From positions 1,152,001 through 1,216,000 of the forward strand of contig OZ250183.1 in NCBI GenBank assembly GCA_965238225.1: 64,000 bases of DNA, given 5' to 3'. The stretch comes from Gammaproteobacteria bacterium (GTDB lineage Bacteria > Pseudomonadota > Gammaproteobacteria > Eutrophobiales > Eutrophobiaceae). The position numbers were made by a program, and so were the translations under genes. How positions within the stretch are numbered: the stretch's first letter is position 1; each line of letters begins with the position of its first letter. Positions 1 through 14,257 of this stretch are shown one piece after another. The notes under the pieces were generated by a model. It did no database searches. It saw only the letters and a program-made list of their open reading frames with translations, and was not told where the DNA came from.

Positions 1-422
1 GTTGCCCATTTTTTGACCGTTTGCAGATGAGATAAATCTGCTTTTGCGATAGAAGCAGAATTTTCAGCGTCATTCTCTAAGCGATGTAAACAAAGATAGT
101 TCGCTCTACCTTTAAGTAAGGCTGTCACCACCGGCAAATTTAATGCCTCACGTGCTATGGGCAAATCTTTGTAATACAACTGATCTTGCAAATGTTTTGT
201 GCCCGTTGAAATAATCACGCGTTTTTGAGTAATGAGTGCAGGGATAAGATAAGCAAAGGTCTTTCCTGTTCCAGTGCCTGCCTCACAAATGAGTGACTCA
301 TTATTGTTTAGAGCATCAAAAATTGTCTGTGCGAGCTTTTGTTGTTGAGGGCGAACAGTGAAGCCTTCGATACTGCTCGCTAATGAACCTGTTTTGGAAA
401 AAATATCCTGAACATCAAACAT
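1..422 (-). CDS. yoaA: ATP-dependent DNA helicase, DinG/YoaA family (N-terminal part; runs off the window)
   Basis: Manual translation from ATG at 422: MFDVQDIFSKTGSLASSIEGFTVRPQQ...CEAGTGTGKTFAYLIPAL...ISTGTKHLQDQL...LKGRANYLC (Q motif, Walker A, first Fe-S cysteine). Confidence 0.9.
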   Translation of the reverse strand, partial: MFDVQDIFSKTGSLASSIEGFTVRPQQQKLAQTIFDALNNNESLICEAGTGTGKTFAYLIPALITQKRVIISTGTKHLQDQLYYKDLPIAREALNLPVVTALLKGRANYLCLHRLENDAENSASIAKADLSHLQTVKKWA

Positions 423-431
423 TATTTATAT

Positions 432-1000
432 CTACTTGAAATGATCAACATATCTTTCAATTGCCCATACCGCATTCATTTCCACATCATAACCTGAACT
501 ATCTTTTTCTACATGTTTTATTGAGAACAAATATTTTTTGTAATTCTCGTTTTTAAGCATGTCCTTTAGGAATGGGATGAGGGAATCAGCTCGCCATAAG
601 AAGTCGAATAAATATCCTTCATCACCCTTGCCACCGCTGCCAGAAAAAGCAAGAGGTCCGATACCAATAGCATTGCCTACGGCATCACAATATTCTTGAA
701 TATTCTGTAAGAAACTTAAAAGCTCTTCTTCAGAAGTTACCCAAAAAAATTTCATTTTTGTTGTAGGTATCTCGATCAGTATGAGCGATTATCTTATCTC
801 TAACTAGCTTCAGTTTTTTGCAATATTCAAGTATTTCTTCCGAAATCTTATTTATTTCTTCATTGAATTGCTTATTTTCTTTTAGCTGCTTATTGATTAA
901 TTGAATCGAGATATTTTCACGCTTCCTCAGCGAGGCGCAGTGTTCTTCGAGCGCTTTAAAATCTTTAGCTAATTCGGAATCGCTCATCATCCATCCCTTA
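432..1000 (-). pseudogene. Probable HEPN (AbiU2-like) domain protein split by a frameshift in a T7 run
   Basis: ORF 730..1182 contains VRDKIIAHTD (Rx4H motif). Removing one base from the A7 run at 743-749 joins it in frame to ORF 432..755. Confidence 0.5.
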
Positions 1001-1442
1001 GCTACACCATCTTCAAATAAGGCGCGAGCATATTCTTTAGGAGACACTCCATTGATATTACTTTTACGCACTACAATTCCTAATTCCTCAGATTTTGCAT
1101 ATTCTTTAATTATGCGAGATTCTTCGCCTTTTATATTGTTGATATAAAATCCGCATTTGCTCTCTTTGTGTAACCAAAACACATACCCTAAGGTTTTTAA
1201 AATTATCAGTAAGTTTGTCTTCGCTCATTAATCCATCCCTAATCCATCCCTTATTTACACCATCTTTAAATAAGGCGCGAGCATATTCTTTAGGAGACAT
1301 TCCATTGAGATTGCTTTTACGCACTACAATTCCTAATTCCTCAGATTTTGCATATTCTTTAATTATGCGAGATTCTTCGCCTTTATATTGTTGATATAAA
1401 ATCCGCATTTGCTCTGTTTGTTTAGCCAAAACCCATACCCTC
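991..1442 (-). repeat. Tandem duplication (~253-bp period) of a small ~60-aa ORF; the second copy is frameshifted
   Basis: QMRILYQQYKGEESRIIKEYAKSEELGIVVRKSNxNGxSPKEYARALFxDGVxKGW is encoded twice (about 1244-1442 and 991-1192). Copy 2 has CCTTTTATA where copy 1 has CCTTTATA. Confidence 0.9.
1106..1429 (-). CDS. Small hypothetical protein (first copy of the duplicated unit, reading into copy 2)
   Basis: ORF track; GGAGGG upstream of the TTG start. Confidence 0.5.
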   Translation of the reverse strand: MAKQTEQMRILYQQYKGEESRIIKEYAKSEELGIVVRKSNLNGMSPKEYARALFKDGVNKGWIRDGLMSEDKLTDNFKNLRVCVLVTQREQMRILYQQYKRRRISHN

Positions 1443-1476
1443 CACTCTTAGATATTACATTTAAGATAATTACTCT

Positions 1477-2040
1477 TTAAGCCCTGCCAACGTATTCACC
1501 TGTTCGCGTATCAATTTTTATGAGTTCTTCATTTTCAATAAATAAAGGCACTTTGACAACAGCGCCTGTTTCCAGTGTCGCAGGCTTTGAGCCTCCTGAT
1601 GCCGTATCACCTCTGAGCCCTGGGTCTGTATCTGTGATTTGCAAAGTGACAAAATTCGGGACTGTGATTGATAAGGGCGATCCATTCCACAATGTTACTG
1701 TACATATCTCTTCGCCTTTTAACCATTGCGCAGCATCGTGAACGGCTATTTTATCTACCGAGCATTGTTCAAACGTTGTTTGATCCATGAAATACCAGGC
1801 ATCACCATCGTTATAAAGATATTGCATATCTATATCTACAACATCTGCAGTTTCCACAGATTCACCAGATTTATAGGTTCTTTCAAGAACACGACCATTT
1901 TTAAGATTACGTATTTTAATGCGATTAAAAGCCTGACCTTTGCCAGGCTTTACAAACTTGTTAGATATAATCGCAAACGGATAGTTATCAATAATAATTT
2001 TTAAACCCGTCTTGAACTCATTCGTACTGTATGTTGCCAT
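1477..2040 (-). CDS. efp: Elongation factor P
   Basis: KPGKGQAF loop, [24 protein letters not shown]-terminal YVGRA. Confidence 0.98.
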   Translation of the reverse strand: MATYSTNEFKTGLKIIIDNYPFAIISNKFVKPGKGQAFNRIKIRNLKNGRVLERTYKSGESVETADVVDIDMQYLYNDGDAWYFMDQTTFEQCSVDKIAVHDAAQWLKGEEICTVTLWNGSPLSITVPNFVTLQITDTDPGLRGDTASGGSKPATLETGAVVKVPLFIENEELIKIDTRTGEYVGRA

Positions 2041-2138
2041 AAAATTTTTCTAGCCAAACATTTAAAAAATAACGCGATATAATACCGTGAATAAAAAAAT
2101 CGATGCAGCAAAACAATCAGAAAAATATATTATAGGAT

Positions 2139-6298
<4,160 letters not shown>

Positions 6299-6424
6299 TT
6301 ACCTTCGGTGTGTTTTAGATAAAAACATAGTGTTTCAAGTATAGCGCGAGAATACATCAGATATATAACAGAAACTACAGTGAATTGATATAGCCTAAGC
6401 TGCTTGACGGTTTCCGCAAATAAT

Positions 6425-7009
6425 TTAATCTAAATCTTCTAATAATAATTTTCGTACGCCATCTGATGCCACATCAACAACATGATGGTACTCGGAATGT
6501 ATAATTCCTGCAGAAATATTTGCACCATTTTTTACAGAATTTATCATTCCTTCATTCAATTCAAAACGAAGAAAATGAACTGCTGAAGTTTTATCATCAT
6601 TGCTTCTTTCCATGTCTTCATTTGCAAATGGTATGATTCTATCGTTACTCTCAACCTGCATCCATATTGATTCTTCTATATTTTTCATTTTTACTAAAGC
6701 AATTCTTCGTTGTGCTTCATCCGCAAACTCAATCATGAAGGTTGCTTTCCAATTACATCCATCCGGGATAAGGGGATTGTAGGTATTAAGCTCTTCTTCA
6801 ATTCCAGTTGCTTCAAAAATACGCTCAATCCTGAGCATTTCTTGGACTTGATACTGGATTGTCAAGTTATCTTCAAAGTAGAGAGTTGCATTAGGGCCGA
6901 TATGTAATTGACGATTCTGCTTATGAGCAAGCACTTTACTCCTGAACTCACTGCGTTTTTTGGCATATTCTTCAAGCGACCAGAGATCACTATGCTCAAG
7001 TTTTTTCAT
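6425..7009 (-). CDS. DUF3501 family protein
   Basis: YQVQEMLRIERI...ELNTYNPLIPDG...KATFMIE...KTSAVHFLRF; usual third gene of the aerobic-type rubrerythrin cluster. Confidence 0.85.
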   Translation of the reverse strand: MKKLEHSDLWSLEEYAKKRSEFRSKVLAHKQNRQLHIGPNATLYFEDNLTIQYQVQEMLRIERIFEATGIEEELNTYNPLIPDGCNWKATFMIEFADEAQRRIALVKMKNIEESIWMQVESNDRIIPFANEDMERSNDDKTSAVHFLRFELNEGMINSVKNGANISAGIIHSEYHHVVDVASDGVRKLLLEDLD

Positions 7010-7096
7010 AGTTCAGGTAATATCCTTCATATACTATGGGCGAGAAATATTATAAATCAAACATATGTATATTGAAAAACAGATATTTAAAAAAAA

Positions 7097-8446
7097 TTAA
7101 TCTAGTCCGTATGCCTGTTTTAATAAACCGAATGGACTTTCTGGCTTCATCTCACCTCCTAGCCCATTCTCTACTTGACGGCCTGCCATTGGGCAATCAC
7201 TAACATAATGATCGATTTCAATGTTTCTAATTTTGTCTGCTATCGGTTTACCTATCTTCATCGAAGCCTCATGGTATTCACTTTTAACGGCATAAGTACC
7301 ATTATGACCCGAACAACGCTCGATGACTTCAATTTCAGTATTAGGTACCAGTTGCATAATATCTTTAGTTTTCATGCCAATCTTTTGTACACGCTGATGA
7401 CAGGCAACGTGATAAGCGATTTTCCCAATTTCATTTTTAAATTGCGTATTAAATTTTCCAACCTTATGGCGTAACAATAAATATTCGAATGGATCAAAGA
7501 TATTTTCCTGTACTTTCTTGACATCAGAATCATCAGGAAACATAAGCGGTAATTCCTGTTTAAACATCAAAACACAAGACGGAATCGGGGCGATAATATC
7601 CCACCCTGCATCAATTAATCTGACTAATTCTGGAACATTAATCTGTTTTGCTTTTTCTACAAACTCAAGATCACCCAATTCTAATTTAGGCATACCACAA
7701 CATTTCTCTTTGTCTGTCAGGCAAACAGCAATGCCGTTATATTCAAAGATTGTAATCATGTCTTCGACCAGCTGCGGATCATTTTTGTTGCCATAACAAG
7801 TGACAAATACCGCGACTTTGCCACGCGTAGATTCTGTTTTTTCAATGCTAATTTCTTTCTTATCACGCCGACCAAATCGTTTATGTAAATTATCACTATA
7901 AAATTTTGGTAAAATGGACTGTGAATGAATACCAATGGCTTTATCCATGATTTTTCGTGCCACAGAATTATGATTGATTGCATTGATCGTTTGCGCAATA
8001 ATAGGGATACCTGCGAAACTACTGACCTTATCTGTTGAGGTAAGCACCTTATCTCTTAGTTTGGTTTTGCCTTTTTTGTAATTAATCGCCTTGGATTGCA
8101 ACATCAAATGAGGAAAATCAACATTCCATTCATGTGGTGGCACATAGGGGCACTTAGTCACATAACAAAGATCGCATAGATAACACTGATCAACAACTTT
8201 TGAATAATCATCTTTACTGACGCCATCTATTTCCATGGTGTCCGATTCATCAACAAGATCAAATAATACCGGGAATGCATTACATAGACTGACGCACCGG
8301 CGACAACCATGGCAAATATCAAATACGCGCGAAAGTTCTACATGCAAAGCATCCTCATTAAAATATTCAGGATTTTTCCAATCAATAGGGTGGCGCGTGG
8401 GTGCCTCAAGACCGCCTTCTCTAGGCTTTATTGATGTATTCGGCAT
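7097..8446 (-). CDS. Fe-S oxidoreductase (GlpC/HdrD-like, two CCG domains), rubrerythrin-associated
   Basis: CHGCRRCVSLC, CYLCDLCYVTKCPY, CCGMP, CSGHNG motifs. Confidence 0.9.
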   Translation of the reverse strand: MPNTSIKPREGGLEAPTRHPIDWKNPEYFNEDALHVELSRVFDICHGCRRCVSLCNAFPVLFDLVDESDTMEIDGVSKDDYSKVVDQCYLCDLCYVTKCPYVPPHEWNVDFPHLMLQSKAINYKKGKTKLRDKVLTSTDKVSSFAGIPIIAQTINAINHNSVARKIMDKAIGIHSQSILPKFYSDNLHKRFGRRDKKEISIEKTESTRGKVAVFVTCYGNKNDPQLVEDMITIFEYNGIAVCLTDKEKCCGMPKLELGDLEFVEKAKQINVPELVRLIDAGWDIIAPIPSCVLMFKQELPLMFPDDSDVKKVQENIFDPFEYLLLRHKVGKFNTQFKNEIGKIAYHVACHQRVQKIGMKTKDIMQLVPNTEIEVIERCSGHNGTYAVKSEYHEASMKIGKPIADKIRNIEIDHYVSDCPMAGRQVENGLGGEMKPESPFGLLKQAYGLD

Positions 8447-8478
8447 AAATGTTTATAGCGTAGTTCTTTAGGTTTTAT

Positions 8479-8510
8479 AACAAAAACCGGGCATCATGCC
8501 CGGTTTTGTT
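8479..8510 (-). terminator. Intrinsic terminator/attenuator hairpin after rubrerythrin
   Basis: AAAAACCGGGCATCATGCCCGGTTTT inverted repeat. Confidence 0.75.
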
Positions 8511-8538
8511 AACGCAAAATAATACATTGCGATAATGC

Positions 8539-8973
8539 TCAGTCGAGGCTATCCAATGCTTTCTGAAAACGATTCGCATGTGAACGTTCAGCTTTTGCCA
8601 ATGTTTCAAACCAATCGGCAATTTCATCAAAATTCTCTTCACGTGCAGCCTTAGCCATGCCAGGATACATATCTGTATATTCATGTGTTTCACCAGAGAT
8701 TGCCGCCTTGAGATTGTCAGAAGTGGCGCCAATAGGTTCGCCAGTGGCTGGATCGCCTACTTCTTCCAGATATTCAAGATGCCCATGCGCATGACCTGTC
8801 TCACCCTCAGCAGTTGAACGGAATACAGCAGAAACATCGTTATAACCTTCTACATCTGCTTTTTGTGCAAAATAAAGATAGCGTCTATTTGCCTGAGACT
8901 CGCCAGCAAATGCTGCTTTTAAATTTTCTTCTGTTTTTGACCCTTTCAAAGACATTTTAAGTGTTTCCTCCAT
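8539..8973 (-). CDS. Rubrerythrin (aerobic type, no rubredoxin domain); start possibly MSLKGSKT at 8955
   Basis: [36 protein letters not shown] di-iron motifs. Confidence 0.95.
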   Translation of the reverse strand: MEETLKMSLKGSKTEENLKAAFAGESQANRRYLYFAQKADVEGYNDVSAVFRSTAEGETGHAHGHLEYLEEVGDPATGEPIGATSDNLKAAISGETHEYTDMYPGMAKAAREENFDEIADWFETLAKAERSHANRFQKALDSLD

Positions 8974-9026
8974 ATAGAATTCTGTCAGAATAGTTGTTAC
9001 GCCGAAGGACTAGTATACATAAATTT

Positions 9027-9043
9027 TTTAGATTGATTATAAA
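9027..9043. promoter_or_regulatory. Putative PerR/Fur/Irr-family box upstream of rubrerythrin
   Basis: Minus strand TTTATAATCAATCTAAA resembles the PerR consensus TTATAATnATTATAA. Confidence 0.45.
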
Positions 9044-9144
9044 TAATCGTATTCCAAACAAAGCTATTCAAAGCAAGCGTGTTATAAGCGAGACTTACAG
9101 TTACAATGACTCTAGAGCTTTAGAAAAACAGGAGGTACACAGAT

Positions 9145-9399
9145 TTGCCAAAAAAAAAGAAAAAATCATCGCATTTTGAGAAAGATTTGCAAGCGCTTGA
9201 AAAGCTTGTAAAAAAGATGGAAGGGGGGGATCTCAACCTTGAAGATTCTCTGGTTTATTTTGAGCGCGGCATTGCCTTAACGCGCGCCTGTCAGAAGGCT
9301 CTTACTGAGGCAGAACAAAAAATACAGATACTGTCGGCTGAAGATGGCACGCAAAAATTACAAGCATTTTCACCGGATGAAGTTGCGGACGACGAATGA
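9145..9399 (+). CDS. xseB: Exodeoxyribonuclease VII small subunit
   Basis: FEKDLQALEKLVKKMEGGDLNLEDSLVYFERGI...AEQKIQIL. Confidence 0.95.
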   Translation: MPKKKKKSSHFEKDLQALEKLVKKMEGGDLNLEDSLVYFERGIALTRACQKALTEAEQKIQILSAEDGTQKLQAFSPDEVADDE

Positions 9400-10289
9400 A
9401 ACAATTAAAAAAATTTCTACAAGAGCATCAATCTTATCTAGAGAAAACGCTCGATAAATGGCTACCATCACCTAATATACAACCTGAGCATTTGCATGAA
9501 GCCATGCGCTACACGACACTTAGTAAAGGCAAAAGAATGCGTCCTATACTTGTTTACGCGGCAGGTAAGGCCTTCGGTGTCAGGCGTAGTGCTTTAGATG
9601 CGCCAGCCTGTGCTGTTGAGATGATCCATTCGTATTCTCTGATTCATGATGATTTACCTGCTATGGATAATGATGACTTGCGTCGAGGGCTGCCCGCATG
9701 TCACAAGGCATACGATGAAGCAACGGCCATATTGACAGGTGATTCGCTATGCGCACTGGCTTTTCATATCCTTGCTCATGACAACAATATGATTATCACT
9801 GCTCAAAAACGTATCCAAATGATCGATATCCTTGCTCATGCCAGCGGCTCCAGAGGCATGGCAGGCGGGCAAGCTATGGATCTCGCTTCTGCTGGCAAAT
9901 CATTAAATATTGCCGAATTGGAAAATATGCATATTCATAAAACAGGCGCGCTTATCAAAGGCAGTGTAGAACTAGGAGCCTTGTCGCAACCAAGTCTTGA
10001 TTTAAAAGCATTTAACAATATTTCACATTATGCAAAGTGCATCGGCCTCGCCTTTCAGGTGCAAGATGATATCCTTGATATAGAAAGCGATACCAAGACT
10101 TTAGGTAAGCCTCAAGGGTCTGATGTGAAACAAAATAAACCAACCTACCCTAATTTGCTCGGCCTTGATGGTGCAAAAGATGTTGCTAATCAATTATATG
10201 AAGATGCTATTTCAAGTTTAGCTATGTTTGATGAAAAGGCAGACCCGCTACGATGGATTGCTGGCTACATTGTGCAAAGAGATAAATAA
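9396..10289 (+). CDS. ispA: Farnesyl diphosphate synthase
   Basis: GKRMRP, SLIHDDLPAMDNDDLRRG, FQVQDDILD. Confidence 0.95.
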   Translation: MKQLKKFLQEHQSYLEKTLDKWLPSPNIQPEHLHEAMRYTTLSKGKRMRPILVYAAGKAFGVRRSALDAPACAVEMIHSYSLIHDDLPAMDNDDLRRGLPACHKAYDEATAILTGDSLCALAFHILAHDNNMIITAQKRIQMIDILAHASGSRGMAGGQAMDLASAGKSLNIAELENMHIHKTGALIKGSVELGALSQPSLDLKAFNNISHYAKCIGLAFQVQDDILDIESDTKTLGKPQGSDVKQNKPTYPNLLGLDGAKDVANQLYEDAISSLAMFDEKADPLRWIAGYIVQRDK

Positions 10290-10399
10290 CAACAAAGATA
10301 AATAATGCCTTTAATCATTTTTAAAAAAAAATGGGTTTTATAAAAATTATTCAAAAAAGCTCAAGCAAACCAAGACGTAAATAAACAATCAACCAAAAA

Positions 10400-10550
10400 A
10401 AATGTCTTGGCATTACAACAGCAAATCAGGTACTTTTAGGTATCAAGCTTATCTGTTGTGCTTATATACTTGAATTCACAGAACAAAGTAGCGTAACCTT
10501 ATAAAGCAATAGGCTTATAAAACAATAAAAACAATTACTGGCAAAAGGCA
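10400..10550 (+). pseudogene. dxs: Heavily decayed remnant of the 5' end of dxs
   Basis: One frame from 10449 reads LSVVLIYLNSQNKVA*PYKAIG, versus Dxs LTVALHYVxNTPxDxL[IWDVGHQ]AYPHKILTG; lies at the usual dxs position in xseB-ispA-dxs-folE2. Confidence 0.4.
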
Positions 10551-10597
10551 ACGATATAGACAGTAATTTCTTAACTTATATTTCCTGAGCGAATGAA

Positions 10598-11404
10598 ATG
10601 ACACAAACAACAAAAATAACGCCTGATATTCAAGATACGCAGAGTGCTCAAGACACGCGCCACATTGCCATCGACCAAGTAGGCATTAAAGACATACGGT
10701 ATCCTATTGTTGTCAGTGATCGCTCTTGTGGAGAACAACACACTATTGCAAATTTCAATATGTATGTGCGTTTGCCTCATAATTTCAAAGGTACGCATAT
10801 GTCGCGGTTCGTTGAGATTCTAAACCAACATAAATATGACATTACGGTTGAGTCATTCAAAAGCATGATTACAGAGATGATCGAACATCTGAATGCGAGG
10901 GAAGGTCATATAGATATGAATTTTCCTTATTTCATCAACAAAAAAGCGCCTGTATCAGGCATTCAAAGCTTGATGGATTACCAAGTCTCATTTATTGGAG
11001 AATTTAAAGGGGAAGAATCTTCTGTACGGGTATCAGTTGTCGTGCCGGTGACCACGCTTTGCCCTTGTTCCAAAAGCATCTCTAACTATGGTGCGCATAA
11101 TCAACGTTCTCACATTACAGTATGCGTTAAAACAAAAGGTTTCATGTGGGTAGAAGAACTTATTGAGGTTATTGAAAAATGTGCGTCTTGTGAAATCTAC
11201 AGCCTGTTGAAGCGGTCTGATGAGAAATATGTGACGGAAAGAGCCTACGATAATCCAAAATTTGTCGAGGATATTGTTAGAGATATTGCAATGCAATTTA
11301 ACGAAAACGCAAGGATCTCATCCTATGTTATAGAATCTGAAAATTTTGAATCAATTCACAATCATTCTGCTTATGCCAAGATTGAGTGCGACAAAGAAGC
11401 GTAA
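10598..11404 (+). CDS. folE2: GTP cyclohydrolase FolE2 (type IB)
   Basis: [39 protein letters not shown]. Confidence 0.96.
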   Translation: MTQTTKITPDIQDTQSAQDTRHIAIDQVGIKDIRYPIVVSDRSCGEQHTIANFNMYVRLPHNFKGTHMSRFVEILNQHKYDITVESFKSMITEMIEHLNAREGHIDMNFPYFINKKAPVSGIQSLMDYQVSFIGEFKGEESSVRVSVVVPVTTLCPCSKSISNYGAHNQRSHITVCVKTKGFMWVEELIEVIEKCASCEIYSLLKRSDEKYVTERAYDNPKFVEDIVRDIAMQFNENARISSYVIESENFESIHNHSAYAKIECDKEA

Positions 11405-11460
11405 TTTATAATTAGAATAAACATTCTATATATAATATATCTTGTTGATTTAATCATATA

Positions 11461-12303
11461 TTAATTGTATATTTTTGCTTCATTCCAAAGTTTGTCCATG
11501 ACCTCAAGTGTTGCGTCTTGCAAATCAATTCCTTGGGTCTTGAGTGACTTTTCTATGTAAGCAAACCGTCTTTCAAACTTCGCATTGGTCTTACGTACTG
11601 CAGCTTCAGAGTCAATCTTAAAATGCCTAGCTAGGTTAACACAGGCAAATAAAACATCGCCGATTTCATCTTCTATTCTTTCTATGTCTTGTATTTTTGA
11701 ATTTATCTCTTCTTCTGCTTCGCATAATTCTTCCTTGATTTTATCCACAATAGCCTGGGTTTTGTTCCAATCAAAACCGACTGTTGCTGCACGATCCTGT
11801 AACTTTTGTGCGCGCGCCAATGACGGCATCGCATGATTAATTCCACTAAGTAAGCCGCACTCTTTTGCCGCCTTGTCTTTTTTTGCCGTGCCTTTCTTAT
11901 CCAGATTTTCCTGTTTTGTGATTGCATCCCATGCAGCTGATTGTGCATTTGGATCAGTAACTTCATAACCAGTAACCCCGGAATTAATGCCTTCGGTATT
12001 TCCAAAGACATGCGGGTGACGACGTATTAATTTTTCATTAAGTTTTTGTGTGACATCTTCGAAATTAAAAAATCCTTGCTCATAGGCAAGCTCTGAATGA
12101 TAAACAACCTGAAACAACAAGTCGCCCAATTCTAAACAAAGTTCATTCATGTCATTTTTAGCAATAGCATTAGCAACTTCATAAGCCTCTTCAATGGTGT
12201 ATGGTGCAATTGTTGAAAAATTTTGTTTGATATTCCACGGACAACCACTTTTCGAGTTGCGCAAAGATTTCATGATGCCTAATAATTGAGTTATTTGTTC
12301 CAT
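11461..12303 (-). CDS. mazG: Nucleoside triphosphate pyrophosphohydrolase MazG
   Basis: GCPW, EEAYEV, ELGDLLFQV, RRHPHVF, EIGDVLF. Confidence 0.95.
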   Translation of the reverse strand: MEQITQLLGIMKSLRNSKSGCPWNIKQNFSTIAPYTIEEAYEVANAIAKNDMNELCLELGDLLFQVVYHSELAYEQGFFNFEDVTQKLNEKLIRRHPHVFGNTEGINSGVTGYEVTDPNAQSAAWDAITKQENLDKKGTAKKDKAAKECGLLSGINHAMPSLARAQKLQDRAATVGFDWNKTQAIVDKIKEELCEAEEEINSKIQDIERIEDEIGDVLFACVNLARHFKIDSEAAVRKTNAKFERRFAYIEKSLKTQGIDLQDATLEVMDKLWNEAKIYN

Positions 12304-12439
12304 TCATATCACCTATTAGTTATCTCGCCTAATAACTTGATTCTATATCATTTTTAGCGCATAGTTACGCAATAATCTCAACTGGCAGATAAGGCAAACA
12401 CTGGCTGTATCGCTACCTAAGCTCAAGGGTTCTAAATTA

Positions 12440-13012
12440 ATGACACCGCTAATATTAAGGCTTGATACTGCAGGCTTACCTGTAAAATGGGTTCCATGGC
12501 AAGTCGCAACATGCCTTTATAGCCGCGATATGATCGCCTGGACTGCAGGCGAACGTACGTTCTCATTGAGAGGCGGAATCAACAGAGCAACCGGTGAACG
12601 TTCTTTAATTACAATCAATTCAATCGTTGCAGTCAAACGATCGATCATTAAAAAGAAAGTACGTCGTGACTTGCCGCCGCTCACTAATCGCGAACTCTTC
12701 TTAAGAGACGCACATTTATGCATGTATTGTGGTGAAAATTTTCATGAATCTAGCTTAACGCGAGATCATGTACATCCGCTTTCAAGAGGCGGTAAAGATA
12801 AATGGTCAAATGTTGTCACGGCATGTAAGAGCTGTAATTCTAGAAAAGGCAACCGTCACCCTGAAGAAGCAAGAATGTCGCTATTGGCAGTTCCTTTTAT
12901 CCCCAACTGGGCAGAATACTTAGCGCTTTCAAATCGAAAAATATTGGCAGATCAGATGGAATTCTTAAAATCTCAATTTAGCAACAGGCGCATGCCTTTC
13001 TATAAAAATTAA
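12440..13012 (+). CDS. HNH endonuclease family protein
   Basis: RDAHLCMYCG...TRDHVHPLSRGG...NVVTACKSCNSRKG. Confidence 0.9.
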   Translation: MTPLILRLDTAGLPVKWVPWQVATCLYSRDMIAWTAGERTFSLRGGINRATGERSLITINSIVAVKRSIIKKKVRRDLPPLTNRELFLRDAHLCMYCGENFHESSLTRDHVHPLSRGGKDKWSNVVTACKSCNSRKGNRHPEEARMSLLAVPFIPNWAEYLALSNRKILADQMEFLKSQFSNRRMPFYKN

Positions 13013-13109
13013 GCTGCTACAAACTTTAGCTGGCATACCTTGGAATACATCGCTTAATATATTGCGTGCAGGAGATGCCTCTAAAAGTCTAGCGCTGTAA
13101 AAATTTCAT

Positions 13110-13142
13110 GTTTTATTAAAGTTTTATTAAAGTTTTATTAAA
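13110..13142. repeat. 11-bp tandem repeat, three copies
   Basis: GTTTTATTAAA three times, just upstream of ORF 13161. Confidence 0.9.
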
Positions 13143-13160
13143 TTCAAGAGATTTTTAATA

Positions 13161-13556
13161 ATGAAATATGTATGCGGTATTTTACTTTTACTCGCCTTCG
13201 TGCCAACAGGGTCGCAGGCGGCTGACCGTAACGGTCATTTTGCGATATGGGGCAAAGGTAATAAATCATGCCACTCATACAATATTTCAAGAAATACACC
13301 TGAAAAACAACGGTTTAAAGACTATATTATGGGGTATTTGACTGCCTTTAATGTTCAAATGCCTGATACTTACAGGGTCGCGGGTCATATGAACCTTGAA
13401 GAGATCCTCGTCTGGCTTGATGATTTCTGCGAATTGAAGCCAATCTTGTCTTTCGAGCAATCATTGGCTGATTTTATTATTGAAAAATATGATAAAAGAA
13501 TGAAGAAATCGCCATCTAAGGGTAAGCCGTTAAAAAATAATAAAATACAGCGATAA
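13161..13556 (+). CDS. Secreted hypothetical protein with two mature-region Cys (HdeA/Rap1a-like pattern)
   Basis: Signal peptide ending SQA-AD; SC...YIMGYLTAFN...WLDDFCELKP. Confidence 0.7.
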   Translation: MKYVCGILLLLAFVPTGSQAADRNGHFAIWGKGNKSCHSYNISRNTPEKQRFKDYIMGYLTAFNVQMPDTYRVAGHMNLEEILVWLDDFCELKPILSFEQSLADFIIEKYDKRMKKSPSKGKPLKNNKIQR

Positions 13557-13689
13557 CGGTATCTGGAGACTACCTGTAATTTTTTTATAATAAAGCAATT
13601 GATAAAACATAAAAAATAAGTCATCATTCGCCTTTGAGTCGCTTATACATTAAGAAATCTAAGATGGTTTGAACGGGGGAAATAACCTT

Positions 13690-13959
13690 ATGGATAGTAA
13701 ACTTAGCAAATTTTTCGCACTTATATTAGTATTAGGTTTTGCTGGTGGCTGTGCTACCATCGCCGATACAGCAGCGGTTGAAAAAGCGCTGGCAAAAGCT
13801 AACGCAGCGCTTGCAGAAGCACAAAGAGCTTCTAATACAGCGTCCGAGGCAGCCTACGCGGCTTCCCAAGCTCAAGCAGATGCAAATGCCGCTTTAGAAT
13901 GCTGCAATGACAATACATCAAGACTAGACCGTATGTTTGAAAAAACAATGTCAAAATAA
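13690..13959 (+). CDS. Lpp/OprI-family alanine-zipper lipoprotein
   Basis: Lipobox FAGG-C, Ala-rich coiled coil, C-terminal RLDRMFEKTMSK ending in Lys. Confidence 0.85.
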   Translation: MDSKLSKFFALILVLGFAGGCATIADTAAVEKALAKANAALAEAQRASNTASEAAYAASQAQADANAALECCNDNTSRLDRMFEKTMSK

Positions 13960-13995
13960 TTCATCTCTTATCCAAAAAAGCATAACCAGAGAAAC

Positions 13996-14024
13996 AAAGG
14001 CCCCCGGATTTACCTGGGGCTTTT
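13996..14024 (+). terminator. Intrinsic terminator after the lipoprotein gene
   Basis: AAAGGCCCCCGG-ATTTA-CCTGGGGCTTTT. Confidence 0.7.
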
Positions 14025-14257
14025 ACTGCCCCTATCTCATTAAAAACCCGATATAAATAAACATAGAAGTAAATTAAGGGCAGGGGATATTATGCTGTTT
14101 GAATTAAGCTGGGTCAAATTAAGCAAGCAAGATTAATCCAAACTAGATAAGCTGAACCTAATGCGTAATTCCTTAAAAAATTCTACTTAATACACAATTT
14201 TTTTCTAAGCCCTCAATAGAAATATTTGGGCCAATATTTGGCTCCAAAGATAGCGTA

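Noticed and set aside
6425-8973. Rubrerythrin, Fe-S oxidoreductase and DUF3501 as a novel system
   Set aside because: Already described as the aerobic-type rubrerythrin cluster.
11461-13012. mazG plus HNH as an anti-phage pair
   Set aside because: Housekeeping two-domain MazG and a common stand-alone HNH gene, divergently transcribed; no further support.
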